Assembly: GCA_035650735.1 (NCBI GenBank)
Contig: DASRGZ010000188.1
Coordinates: 1 to 52,290, forward strand
From: Chthonomonadaceae bacterium
GTDB lineage: Bacteria > Armatimonadota > Chthonomonadetes > Chthonomonadales > Chthonomonadaceae
Direction of reading: 5' to 3'
Length of the DNA: 52,290 nt
The notes under the pieces were generated by a model, which searched no databases, was not told where the DNA came from, and saw only the letters and a program-made list of their open reading frames with translations. How positions within the stretch are numbered: the first letter of the stretch is position 1; each line of letters begins with the position of its first letter. Positions 8,268 to 17,376 of the stretch are shown piece after piece. The position numbers and the translations under genes are program-made.

Positions 8268-9899
8268 ATGCATAGGAAATGGCTAATTGGGTGCTGGGTT
8301 GCGCTGATGGTGTTGACGGTGGCGCTGGGATTGCTGGCCGGCTGTGGAGGAGGCGGAGGCCCTAACATCCCGCCGAACCAGGCGGCCCCGACGCCTGTCT
8401 CTCCCTCGGCGGAATTCGTCGCGCTGGAGCCTGCCAGCCAGCGCACGGCAACTTACGTGGGCACCGCCAAGTGCGGCGGGTGCCACAGCGCCAACGCTGG
8501 CGCCCGCATCCAGCTTGCGGTCGCCAGGGCCAGGAGCGGCACGCGCCAAGCAGAGATCCCTAAGATTGACTTCGACGCATTCAGCCATACCATGCACGGC
8601 CAGAAAGGAGTGACGTGCGAACATTGTCATGGTCCCGGCAGCGCCCATGTGGCCTGGGCAACAAGCTTCCTTCAGAACCCGGCAGGGCACAGCCCGGACG
8701 AGGCGGACAACAATATCCTGACCTACCCCAACATCACGAGGCATGAAGTGTGCAACCAGTGCCATGGGCCCATCGTGGCGGACTTCCTCGTTTCTAAGCA
8801 TGCCCAGAAGGTCGATGTAGCGCTGGAAGAGTCTGTGCAAAACCCCTCATTCCTGGGACACTTCTGCTTGCGGTGTCACAGCGGAGCAACCCGTGCCGAG
8901 TTTATTGACTATCCGTTTAGCACTGCGACAGATATAACGACCGCCCAGAACACCGCAAACGCCGCCATCAACGCCTTCTCGGCTGCCGACGTGACGGAGC
9001 ATGCAGAGTCAACGGTCGAGACGGCGTCGTGTGGCAACTGCCACAACCCGCACAAGCTCACCGGCAAGTCGGTTCAGAAGGTGGCACAGAGTCCTAACGA
9101 CGTGCAACTTCATCGCAGGGCATTCAATCTGGACCCAACACCGGTCACACCCGGCGCTCCGCTCAAAGTGTATTCGAACTTCGACCAGGCATGCGGCTCC
9201 TGCCATAACGGGTTCGGAGCCAATCCTTCCGACGCGAACTTGAAAGCCAGCACGAGTCTGCCCATTATGCATGAAGGTCCTCAGTACAGCATGCTTATGG
9301 GCTACGGCGGCTTCGAGGGGGCCGGCAACGTGAGCTTCAGCCGGCAGTCGTCGCATGCGGTTCTCAATACCGCCCAGTGCGTCCAGTGTCACATGCCGGA
9401 CCATAACGGCTTTGCCAGCCACACGATGACCGTTATGGTGGACGTGAGCTGTGCGCCCTGCCACAGCACAGCCGACGCCAGCTCGCGGGCCACGGCTCTC
9501 AAGAACGACATCGAGAACGAGTTGTTCACCCTCCGCAGCCGCATGGCGAACTGGGCGCAGCAGACGCTCGGCAATTCGGCCTGGTGGGATTATACCAGAC
9601 TCATCTCCGAGAGCGGTGGGACGCCTCCGTCGGCAACTCAGGAGGCTTCGATCCCGCTGGGCATTCTTCGGGCGCGCCATAACTACTACTTCATCGTCCG
9701 CGATAATAGCTTCGGGATACACAACGCTCCCTACACCCGACTGCTGCTGGACGCGGCCAACAGGGAGCTTGACCCGCTGGTCGGCCGCCCGGATTCGCAG
9801 CAGGGCGGGGCATCCAGAGCGATCATCGAGAGCGTGCTGCGCCAGGATCGCGCTCGGAGCAAGCGGGCCGAGCGCTACTTCCGGCCCGGCGCGATCTAA
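8268..9899 (+). CDS. Octaheme c-type cytochrome lipoprotein with a c552/NrfA-like C-terminal helical region
   Basis: Lipobox LAGC; eight CxxCH; C-terminal ARHNYYFIVRDNSFGIHNAPYTRLLL. Confidence 0.85.
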   Translation: MHRKWLIGCWVALMVLTVALGLLAGCGGGGGPNIPPNQAAPTPVSPSAEFVALEPASQRTATYVGTAKCGGCHSANAGARIQLAVARARSGTRQAEIPKIDFDAFSHTMHGQKGVTCEHCHGPGSAHVAWATSFLQNPAGHSPDEADNNILTYPNITRHEVCNQCHGPIVADFLVSKHAQKVDVALEESVQNPSFLGHFCLRCHSGATRAEFIDYPFSTATDITTAQNTANAAINAFSAADVTEHAESTVETASCGNCHNPHKLTGKSVQKVAQSPNDVQLHRRAFNLDPTPVTPGAPLKVYSNFDQACGSCHNGFGANPSDANLKASTSLPIMHEGPQYSMLMGYGGFEGAGNVSFSRQSSHAVLNTAQCVQCHMPDHNGFASHTMTVMVDVSCAPCHSTADASSRATALKNDIENELFTLRSRMANWAQQTLGNSAWWDYTRLISESGGTPPSATQEASIPLGILRARHNYYFIVRDNSFGIHNAPYTRLLLDAANRELDPLVGRPDSQQGGASRAIIESVLRQDRARSKRAERYFRPGAI

Positions 9900-9938
9900 T
9901 GGTAATCCCCTTCCCTTCATGGTCAGGGATGATAAGTA

Positions 9939-10041
9939 ACTCAAGTTGCTACCTTGCCTCTTCGAGAAGGCAAACGGTGATGCAAAAGCCGGTTTCCAGA
10001 GCGATTCTCTCTCAAACGTGTTCCTAGGTAGCAACTTGGGT
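9939..10041 (-). mobile_element. 103-bp MITE (IS982-like ends), copy 1
   Basis: TIRs ACTCAAGTTGCTACCT/AGGTAGCAACTTGGGT; flanking direct repeat TAAGTA; identical to the reverse complement of 23200-23302. Confidence 0.85.
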
Positions 10042-10217
10042 TAAGTACTTTCTCCAGGCGGTACGGGTATACGAGCGAGTACCCGTGCCGCCTGTTTCTT
10101 GCAGCCTGCGGTCCGCGCTTTTTTGCCTCCTGTCCGCAATCGCAGGCGCTGAAAAGCGCCTGAGAACGGATCTGCTAATGACGTCGCCCTCTGAATAAAG
10201 TAGGCAAAAACGCCCCC

Positions 10218-10266
10218 TAAAATCCGCCATTTCGGGGATGTACGCCGCCTTAAGGAACGCTATACT
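10218..10266 (+). promoter_or_regulatory. Regulon box c plus -10 element
   Basis: AAATCCGCCATTTCGGGGATG; TATACT at 10261, 39 nt from the ATC start. Confidence 0.75.
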
Positions 10267-10310
10267 GAGGATAATAGCGTGATAGAAGCAGAAGAAGGAG
10301 GTGAGCGATT

Positions 10311-10691
10311 ATGTATCCGCAGTGGATGCGTAAGATCGCACTCTCGTTGGCCCTGCTGTGGGCTTGCGGGTGGAGCTTCTTCGCGGTGGCTTCCTCTATC
10401 GGCGAAGGCTATACATGGCCGAAGCTGCTGCCCGGTATCCTGGCGGCGTTGGTGTTTGTAGGCAGCCTGCTTCTGGCCTGGCAATGGGAGCCTATCGGCG
10501 GCAGCCTGCTGATCCTGGAGGGGCTGCTGGTCTGTACCGCCTACGCGACCGGCTTTCTGCATGCCCGGTCCGCGAACACAATGTTCTTCGTACTCCTCCT
10601 GCTGGCTGCTCCAGCAATGGTATCGGGACTGTTGCTGTTGGGGAACTGGTGGAAGCGAACGCGGAGTCTAGTCCCTCTCTCCGGCATGTAG
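10311..10691 (+). CDS. Four-TM membrane protein, unknown function
   Basis: AAGGAGGT RBS; four hydrophobic segments. Confidence 0.75.
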   Translation: MYPQWMRKIALSLALLWACGWSFFAVASSIGEGYTWPKLLPGILAALVFVGSLLLAWQWEPIGGSLLILEGLLVCTAYATGFLHARSANTMFFVLLLLAAPAMVSGLLLLGNWWKRTRSLVPLSGM

Positions 10692-10732
10692 CCGGAGTAA
10701 ATGCCTTACCGCCCAAGTAAGGAGGTAGAGAG

Positions 10733-11242
10733 ATGGTTAAGCTCAATGGCGAGCGAACGACGCGCCTTCGTCCCATCGAGGGCGAGTACATCCGCTTTAA
10801 TCCGTTCGAGGAATTGACGGCTATGGAGCAGCGGATGGAGGATCTGTTTGGGCCTCGGTTCAAATCCGGCCCGCTGGAGTGGGCGATTCTGGATGAGCCG
10901 TACCCGTACGAGCCTGCGGTGGATATTATCCAGACCGAAGGCTATATCGAGATGTTTGTGGCGCTGCCGGGGTTCCCGATGGAGGCGATCCAGGTAGACG
11001 CCGCACCGGACACGATCACTATCGTAGGGGATCGCGAGCCCTTGTATCCGGAGGATGTGGTGGTGCATACCCAGGAGTGGGGTGTCACGCCAGTAAAGTT
11101 CCGGGCAAACTACATCCTGCCCACCGAGGTTGATCCGAGACATGTCAAGGCGACATTCCGTAACGGCGTGCTGCATCTCCAATTGCCGATCTCGGAGACG
11201 GCCCGGGTCAAGACGGTGCCTGTGAAGGTAGTTCCTGCATAG
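10733..11242 (+). CDS. Hsp20/alpha-crystallin small heat shock protein
   Basis: PAVDI...ALPG...F...LP..VD...VKATFRNGVLHLQLP; AAGGAGGT RBS. Confidence 0.92.
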   Translation: MVKLNGERTTRLRPIEGEYIRFNPFEELTAMEQRMEDLFGPRFKSGPLEWAILDEPYPYEPAVDIIQTEGYIEMFVALPGFPMEAIQVDAAPDTITIVGDREPLYPEDVVVHTQEWGVTPVKFRANYILPTEVDPRHVKATFRNGVLHLQLPISETARVKTVPVKVVPA

Positions 11243-11302
11243 CGTATTACCTGGAAGGCTGCTACCAGCGCAAGCACGCGAATCTTTAAAGTAGACACTA
11301 GC

Positions 11303-11351
11303 AAAGCCTTCACTACCCAAGAAAACTATTCAGCAGGGTAGTGAAGGCTTT
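11303..11351 (+). terminator. Intrinsic terminator after hsp20
   Basis: 16-bp inverted repeat AAAGCCTTCACTACCC/GGGTAGTGAAGGCTTT. Confidence 0.6.
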
Positions 11352-11440
11352 ACTCTAACGTGTGCGGCGGGCAGCCGCGCTGCTGTCTCCCCCGCCTTCT
11401 GTTTCAGCCTCGCTTCTCGATGAGCTCTCCGGCTATCCAT

Positions 11441-11652
11441 TAGGCGCTGAGAGGGTCTAGGGAAACCTTTCGCCCGCGGTGGACCGCGGGCGAAAGGTAG
11501 CGAAAGCCGCTACCGCGTCCTCAAGCAGAGCGCCCCGGAGAGCGCCGCGCGTCTGCTTGGTGCGGCTCAGGAGGACATCCGCGAGCGCTGGAGCGTCTAC
11601 GCGCGGATGGCGGCATCTTGAGAGTGAGTGATGGGGAAGCCTCAGCGCTCTA
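11441..11652. repeat. Highly palindromic intergenic element (MITE-like or structured RNA)
   Basis: Ends GCGCTGAG/CTCAGCGC with TA just outside; internal 16-bp perfect stem 11465-11498 and further hairpins. Confidence 0.35.
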
Positions 11653-11702
11653 ACCCTATTCTATCGGCAGAGGTTGCTTTAAAAGGAAAGTAAGGTGGTC
11701 CC

Positions 11703-12134
11703 ATGTTTACGCACATCCTTGTTGGCTGCGATGGCTCCGGGCAGGCTATGAAGGCTGTCCGTATTGCCGCAGAGCTAGCCAGGCAGTTTGAGGCCCGGTT
11801 GATCGCGGTGAATGTCTACAATCCCTGGATGATAGCTCCTATCCAAGAAGAGCAACCCCTGGATATGGGCCTGGTAGCGCGCTATGTGGAGCAAGTACAG
11901 CAGGATATTGAAAAGCAGACCTGCTGTAAAGCCGCTGAACTCGGTGTAGAGTGCCGCTTTGTGCGCGCGTTAGGCCATCCTGTGGACAAGATCACGCAAG
12001 TTGCGGAGCGCGAGAAAGCAGATCTCATCGTGCTTGGCAGCCGGGGATTGGGAGTCTCCGAGGCAGCATTGCTGGGCAGCGTCTCCGATGGCGTGCTCCA
12101 TCACGCGCATTGTCCCGTGCTCATCGTGCGCTAA
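11703..12134 (+). CDS. Universal stress protein (single USP domain)
   Basis: ILVGCDGS...ADLIVLGSRG...LLGSVS..VLHHAHCPVLIVR. Confidence 0.95.
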   Translation: MFTHILVGCDGSGQAMKAVRIAAELARQFEARLIAVNVYNPWMIAPIQEEQPLDMGLVARYVEQVQQDIEKQTCCKAAELGVECRFVRALGHPVDKITQVAEREKADLIVLGSRGLGVSEAALLGSVSDGVLHHAHCPVLIVR

Positions 12135-12211
12135 GTACCGCAAGTGCACGACAAGGAAAAGTAAACGAGGGTGATGTTGGCGCCCAAGCAGAGAGGTAAA
12201 GGAGAGTTACA

Positions 12212-12907
12212 ATGGGTACAGGAAGAACGGAGCGGCCCCCGACCATGCGCTTACTGGCGGGCGTGACAGGCGGAGCCTTGATGCTGTATGGCTTCCAACA
12301 GAGCGCTTTCCGCGGGACAGTCCTGAGCGCCCTGGGGTTGGCCCTGCTTGCGCGCAGCCTGACCTGTTTCACGGCAAAAAGCCAGCCTCAGGCGTCTAAG
12401 AGGCATTCCTCAACTGAAATCCATGCGGACATCCTCGTTCAGGCTTCTGTCGAGCGTGTCTTTGGTTTCTGGACCAGCTTTGCAAACTATGCGCGCTTCC
12501 TTACGCATGTGCTGTCGGTCACCGATCTCGGCCACGGTCATCTGTGCTGGCAGGCTCTAAGCCCGAACGGCATGCCGGTGGAGTGGGAAGCCGTGATCAC
12601 CAAGTTTGTGCCCAAGCAGGAACTGGCCTGGATGAGCGTGCCCGGCGCGGTGGTGGAACAGATCGGGACGGTTCGCTTCCAGGCTCTTCCCGAAGGAGCA
12701 ACACGGGTGGATGTGCATCTGACATTCTCCTCGCGGCCAGGAGCGGCTGGACAGGGCAGGGGATTTTATGGGCCAGACACCAACAGGCAATTGGAGGCCG
12801 ACCTCCGACGAATGAAGGCGCTTATCGAGTCGAAGTTAATGCTGAAGAGTCTCGGGGCAGTCTCTACCGCATGGCGCGGGTTCGATCCGATATCTGCCAG
12901 GAGGTGA
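12212..12907 (+). CDS. SRPBCC (cyclase/dehydrase) family protein
   Basis: N-terminal hydrophobic hairpin, then VERVFGFWTSFANYARFL...VEWEAVIT...LAW...GTVRF...DLRRMKALIE. Confidence 0.85.
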   Translation: MGTGRTERPPTMRLLAGVTGGALMLYGFQQSAFRGTVLSALGLALLARSLTCFTAKSQPQASKRHSSTEIHADILVQASVERVFGFWTSFANYARFLTHVLSVTDLGHGHLCWQALSPNGMPVEWEAVITKFVPKQELAWMSVPGAVVEQIGTVRFQALPEGATRVDVHLTFSSRPGAAGQGRGFYGPDTNRQLEADLRRMKALIESKLMLKSLGAVSTAWRGFDPISARR

Positions 12908-12919
12908 TGCCATCGCGCT

Positions 12920-13025
12920 CCGGTTACAGATATGCGGAAATTACGCCGCTTTGAGGCTTGTGACACGCTGGCCCCTGTCACAGTAGGAGCCGGTTACAGA
13001 TATGCGGAAATTACGCCGCTTTGAG
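12920..13025. repeat. Two exact 36-bp direct repeats with a 34-bp spacer (orphan, CRISPR-like geometry)
   Basis: CCGGTTACAGATATGCGGAAATTACGCCGCTTTGAG at 12920-12955 and 12990-13025. Confidence 0.8.
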
Positions 13026-13111
13026 AGTTGAAAGACAACGATTCCGCCGGAAAGGGGAGGAGCTTTCGCAGGAGGAAGCGCCGGATAGGACGATGTGTTG
13101 GAGACATGACA

Positions 13112-13966
13112 ATGGATAAGCGGCTACTGCCTATCATCGTGTGTCCGGCATGTCAGGAGAAGCTGACCTTCTCCGGCGAAGAGTCCGACACGCGCCTGCT
13201 TTGCGGCCAACTACGTTGCGTTGGCTGCCGGCAGGCGTTTCCTGTGATAGAAGAGGTTCCTGACCTGGTGGTGCCTGGAGCCAATCTGGATGGCGCCTTT
13301 AAGCCGGAGCAGGCAGAGCAAGTGGCCGCATGGGGGTCCAGAAACTTCGCCGCCATGCAGCAGGGAAGCCTCTCACCCATGGAATGCGAATTTGTGGAGG
13401 CCGTTCGTGCCGTGGAGGGACCGGTGATAGACGTCGCCTCCGGGCCGGGCGGCTCCTATGGTGTTCCCGTGATGCAAGACGGCAGGACAGACCGCCTGCT
13501 GGTGATGAGCGATTTAGGCACACCTGTCATGCCCGCCTGGCGCAGATGCCTGCGTGCGGCGGGCTGGGGAGAGCGGTGCTCAACGCTGACCTTCGACGCG
13601 CGCTGCCTTCCGTTTCGGGATGCAAGCGTCATGGCGATTACCTCTGTAGGTGGCTTCGATAACATCCTGGATAACCACCGGGCATACGCAGAGGCGGCCC
13701 GCGTCTTACAGGCAGGCGGGCGCTTACTGGACATAGCAAGGTTCTACGAGCACGGAGGCCCCACCTATCGCTTTCTGGCAGAACAGAGACAGGCTGCGGC
13801 GAGTCGAACCGGCTATATCGCCTTGCTGGAGGGACTGGGTTTTGCCATAGAACGATGGGAAATCCCGAACTCTGGCTACGGCAAAACCGACCCTGCCGAT
13901 GGCCTGCCGTTGCGCGATGAAGAAGCCTGGGAGAATGTGGTTATCTTTGCCCGCTGCTCGGCGTGA
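13112..13966 (+). CDS. Trm112-like Zn-ribbon fused to a class I SAM-dependent methyltransferase
   Basis: IVCPAC...LRCVGCRQAFPVIEEVPDL; IDVASGPGG; DARCLPFRDAS; RVLQAGG. Alternative start 13106. Confidence 0.8.
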   Translation: MDKRLLPIIVCPACQEKLTFSGEESDTRLLCGQLRCVGCRQAFPVIEEVPDLVVPGANLDGAFKPEQAEQVAAWGSRNFAAMQQGSLSPMECEFVEAVRAVEGPVIDVASGPGGSYGVPVMQDGRTDRLLVMSDLGTPVMPAWRRCLRAAGWGERCSTLTFDARCLPFRDASVMAITSVGGFDNILDNHRAYAEAARVLQAGGRLLDIARFYEHGGPTYRFLAEQRQAAASRTGYIALLEGLGFAIERWEIPNSGYGKTDPADGLPLRDEEAWENVVIFARCSA

Positions 13967-13976
13967 GCACTCGCAC

Positions 13977-14025
13977 GACAATCCGCCATTTAGGGGATGT
14001 GTCTTGATGGCAAATCCATGATAAT
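13977..14025 (+). promoter_or_regulatory. Regulon box d plus -10 element
   Basis: GACAATCCGCCATTTAGGGGATG; GATAAT at 14020, 39 nt from the ATC start. Confidence 0.75.
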
Positions 14026-14069
14026 GGGGACGAAGCTACCCAAACGGAAAGGAGTTCCTCGCAATAGCC

Positions 14070-15176
14070 ATGAACAGAACGTCTCCCTATACGCAAGAAG
14101 ACTTCACGCACAGCCCCTTCGTGATGTTTTATGAGGTCACGCGGGCCTGCGATCTGCTCTGCAAGCACTGCCGGGCCTGCGCCCAGCCGAACCGTCATCC
14201 CTACGAGATGACGACGGAACAGTCCAAAACGCTCATCGCCCAGATCGCCGAGTTTCCCAAGCCGCCCGTGCTAGTGTTTACTGGCGGCGACCCGATGAAG
14301 CGGGAAGACATCTACGGGTTGGTGCGGCACGCCGTAGAGGTCGGCTTACAGGCAGCGATGACTCCGTCGGCTACACCGCTGGTGACCGCCGAGGCCGTCC
14401 GCAAGCTCCAGGAGGCCGGGCTAAGCCGGCTAGCGCTCAGCCTGGACGGCGTGGACGCGGAAACCCACGATGCCTTTCGCGGCGTACCCGGCAGCTTCGA
14501 GCGCACGCTGGAAATCCTGGCCGATGCCCGCGCCATTGGCCTTCCCCTCCAGATCAACACCACCATCACCCGCCGCAACGTGGACCAGGTGGATGCGATG
14601 GCGGAGCTGTTTGGGTCTCTGGGGATCGTGCTCTGGTCCGTCTTCTTCCTGATTCCGGTAGGGCGTGGGCTGGCCGAACAGCGGATCGCGCCGGAGCAGT
14701 ATGAGACGGTGTTCGAGCAGCTATGGAAGCAGGCGCAGAAGCAGCCCTACGGCATCAAGACGACCGAGGCGCATCACTATCGCCGGTTCGTCCTGCAGCG
14801 CCAGGGCAATCCGCAGTACCAGCCGGGGGCCTCCATTGCCGGACGCATTCAGCGCGCGCCCATCGGCGTCAACGACGGCAAGGGCGTGATGTTCGTCAGC
14901 CATACCGGGAGCATCTATCCCAGCGGGTTTCTGCCCATCAACTGCGGCAAATTTCCCGACGATTCGGTGGTGCGGATCTATCAGGAATCGGTCGTGTTCC
15001 GGGCGCTGCGCGATCCCGACCGGCTCAAGGGCAAGTGCGGCGACTGCGAGTTCCGGCGCATCTGCGGCGGCAGCCGAGCGCGGGCCTACGCCCTCACGCG
15101 GGACCCCCTGGCCGCCGAACCCGACTGCGTCTATGTGCCGCAGGCATGGAGGGAGAGGGAAGCATGCTTAGTGTGA
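14070..15176 (+). CDS. ahbD: Radical SAM/SPASM protein, AhbD-like (TIGR04053-type) heme synthase candidate
   Basis: CDLLCKHC; FTGGDP; C-terminal GKCGDCEFRRICGGSRARAY...EPDC; overlaps the ahbC-like gene. Confidence 0.7.
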   Translation: MNRTSPYTQEDFTHSPFVMFYEVTRACDLLCKHCRACAQPNRHPYEMTTEQSKTLIAQIAEFPKPPVLVFTGGDPMKREDIYGLVRHAVEVGLQAAMTPSATPLVTAEAVRKLQEAGLSRLALSLDGVDAETHDAFRGVPGSFERTLEILADARAIGLPLQINTTITRRNVDQVDAMAELFGSLGIVLWSVFFLIPVGRGLAEQRIAPEQYETVFEQLWKQAQKQPYGIKTTEAHHYRRFVLQRQGNPQYQPGASIAGRIQRAPIGVNDGKGVMFVSHTGSIYPSGFLPINCGKFPDDSVVRIYQESVVFRALRDPDRLKGKCGDCEFRRICGGSRARAYALTRDPLAAEPDCVYVPQAWREREACLV

Positions 15177-16369
15177 GCAACCTGCTCTGCGATCATCGGG
15201 CGGGCAACGAGGCACTCCGCTACGGACACGTGCGTGAGCGGCGGCAGGGGCGTGAGCCGGAAACCACGCCCGCCGATCCGTTTGACGGAGCGCCGCGCCC
15301 GGTGGTGGTCTGGGCCGTCACCAAAGCCTGCAACCTGCGCTGCGTCCACTGTTACGCCTCGGCCAGCCCGGAGGCAGCTTCCGGCGAGTTGACCCATCAA
15401 GAGGGCCTGGCGCTGCTGGAGGACCTGCGCGCGTTCAACGTGCCTGCCGTGCTCTTCAGCGGCGGGGAGCCGCTCGCCCGCCCGGATACGCCCGCGCTAA
15501 TTGCCTACGCGCAGTCGCTGGGCCTCTCCTGCACGCTCTCCACCAACGGCCTGCTGATTGACGAGGCGATGGCCGACCGCCTGGCTGCGCTCGGACTTAA
15601 GTACGCGGGCATCAGCGTGGACGGCATCCGGGCGCGGCACGATAAACTGCGGGGGCTGCAAGGCGCGTTCGAGGGCACGCTGGCTGCGATTGACCGCTGC
15701 CGCGCGCGGGGTATCAAGGTCGGCCTGCGCTTTACGGTCCACGCGCTTAATCAGACCGACCTTGACGCTATCTTCGATATCTGCCTGGAACACGACGTGC
15801 AGCGCCTCTGCGTCTATCATCTGGCTTACGCGGGGCGCGGGGGCAAGATGCAGAAGGTGGACCTGGCGGCGGAGCAGACGCGCGCCATCATGGATCGCAT
15901 TTTTGAGCGCACGCGCCGCTGCCATGCGGAAGGCTACGCGCTCGAAGTGCTCACGGTCGGCAATCACACGGACGCCGCCTATATCCTGTTGCAACTGGAA
16001 GAGAGCGACCCGAAGCGCGCGGCGGGGGTGGCGGCAAAACTCAAAGGCTCCGGCGGCAATCGCTCCGGCTGCAACATCGCCGCCATTGACCCGCTCGGCA
16101 ATGTCCACTACGACCAGTTTAGCTGGCACTATAATTGCGGTAATATCCGGGAGCGGCCCTTCAGCCAGATCTGGGCCGAAGCGGCGGACCCACGGCTTAA
16201 CATCTTGCGCGACCGTCGCGGGGCACTGCCGGCCCGCTGCCAGGCGTGCCGGTTTGTGGAGGTCTGCAACGGCAACCTGCGCACCCGAGCCGAGGCGGCC
16301 ACCGGCGACTGGCTTGGCCTGGATCCAAGCTGCTACCTCACAGAGGCCGAGAGAGCAGGGGATCTGTAG
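15164..16369 (+). CDS. ahbC: Radical SAM AhbC/NirJ1 (Fe-coproporphyrin III synthase-like)
   Basis: MLSVSNLL...LRYG...RPVVVW..TKACNLRCVHCYA; YHLAYAGRG; VGNHTD; CQAC...CNGNLRTRA...DPSCYL. Confidence 0.8.
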   Translation: MLSVSNLLCDHRAGNEALRYGHVRERRQGREPETTPADPFDGAPRPVVVWAVTKACNLRCVHCYASASPEAASGELTHQEGLALLEDLRAFNVPAVLFSGGEPLARPDTPALIAYAQSLGLSCTLSTNGLLIDEAMADRLAALGLKYAGISVDGIRARHDKLRGLQGAFEGTLAAIDRCRARGIKVGLRFTVHALNQTDLDAIFDICLEHDVQRLCVYHLAYAGRGGKMQKVDLAAEQTRAIMDRIFERTRRCHAEGYALEVLTVGNHTDAAYILLQLEESDPKRAAGVAAKLKGSGGNRSGCNIAAIDPLGNVHYDQFSWHYNCGNIRERPFSQIWAEAADPRLNILRDRRGALPARCQACRFVEVCNGNLRTRAEAATGDWLGLDPSCYLTEAERAGDL

Positions 16370-16381
16370 ACGACATTACCA

Positions 16382-16406
16382 GGCCCGCTCGCCTAGCGAG
16401 CGGGCC
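16382..16406. terminator. Hairpin between convergent genes
   Basis: GGCCCGCTCGC-CTA-GCGAGCGGGCC. Confidence 0.55.
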
Positions 16407-16453
16407 GGTGCAAGACGGAACGACTTCCTTCTTAACAAGCCCTGCATGGCTGC

Positions 16454-17338
16454 CTAGCGCACGACCAGCACCGAGCAGGGCGCATGACGCGCCACCCGCT
16501 GCGAGACGCTCCCCACCAGCAGCGACTTCCAACCGCTCAATCCCCGGCTGCCCAGCACGATCAGGTCGTAATTGCCTTCCGCAGCCACGCGCACAATCTC
16601 CTCCGCCGGATGGCCGTCTTCCTCACGAAAGGCATAGGGAATACCGGTCTGGCCCAAAATCCGTCCTGTGCGCTGCTTTACAGCCGCTTGCATACGCTCC
16701 CGGTAGGCCTTCAGTTCCGTGTCAGCGACCGGGACGCCCAGAAGACCCCGAGGAGGAGCAACCACGTGAAGGGCCGTCAATTCCGCGCCGAATTTGTCGG
16801 CCAGCAGCCCGGCCATTGCCGCCGCTCCCAGCGCGTTATCCGAGCCATCGGTAGCCAGCAGGATCCGATTGAAGCCGGTCGTCTCCTCCGATGCCTTCTC
16901 TCCCCGCACGATGAGCACCGGACAGGGGGCGTGCAGCAACACGCCCTCCGAGACGCTGCCTAATAAGAGCGCCTGCCAGGTGCTCAGGCCCCGGCTGCCC
17001 AGCACGATCAGATTGGCGTGTTCTCGCTCGGCCACCTGGGTAATCCGATCGACGGCATGTCCTATCTCCCGCAGGGCCTGACATGGCACGCCGGCCTGCT
17101 GGAAAATCGGCAGGGTACGGCATTCGACCTCTCCCTGCGTCTCCTCCGCCAAGCGAGCCAAGTCGCCTGGAACCGTGATCGATTCCCACGCTCCCAGATA
17201 GGCGGCGGTCAGCGTATCGTCAAAGACGCTAAGCAGCCGTATGTCGCTGTTGAATTGCCGGGCAATCGCGGCGGCCTTGTGAGCCGCCTTCAGCGCCCCC
17301 CGGGAGCCATCCGAGCAGACAAGAAGAGTCTGAAACAT
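16454..17338 (-). CDS. Tandem two-domain universal stress protein
   Basis: Two USP domains, each with DGS...LIVLGSRGL...GSVS...CPVL/CSVL; AGGAGG RBS before MFQTL. Confidence 0.95.
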   Translation of the reverse strand: MFQTLLVCSDGSRGALKAAHKAAAIARQFNSDIRLLSVFDDTLTAAYLGAWESITVPGDLARLAEETQGEVECRTLPIFQQAGVPCQALREIGHAVDRITQVAEREHANLIVLGSRGLSTWQALLLGSVSEGVLLHAPCPVLIVRGEKASEETTGFNRILLATDGSDNALGAAAMAGLLADKFGAELTALHVVAPPRGLLGVPVADTELKAYRERMQAAVKQRTGRILGQTGIPYAFREEDGHPAEEIVRVAAEGNYDLIVLGSRGLSGWKSLLVGSVSQRVARHAPCSVLVVR

Positions 17339-17376
17339 GGCCTGGTTCCTCCTATACTCTCTGCTTTCTGGTATCA

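Noticed and set aside
8268..9899. Calling the lipoprotein MtrC/OmcA or NrfA
   Set aside because: Eight hemes rather than ten or five, and no CxxCK catalytic motif.
12920..13025. Bona fide CRISPR-Cas locus
   Set aside because: Only two repeats, a palindromic spacer, no clear leader and no cas genes; kept as a repeat only.
14723..15163. N-terminal extensions in the ORF track (14723, 23472, 33373, 40884, 31381, 4916)
   Set aside because: They overlap neighbouring genes or repeats; family-typical N-termini, mostly with an RBS, lie downstream.
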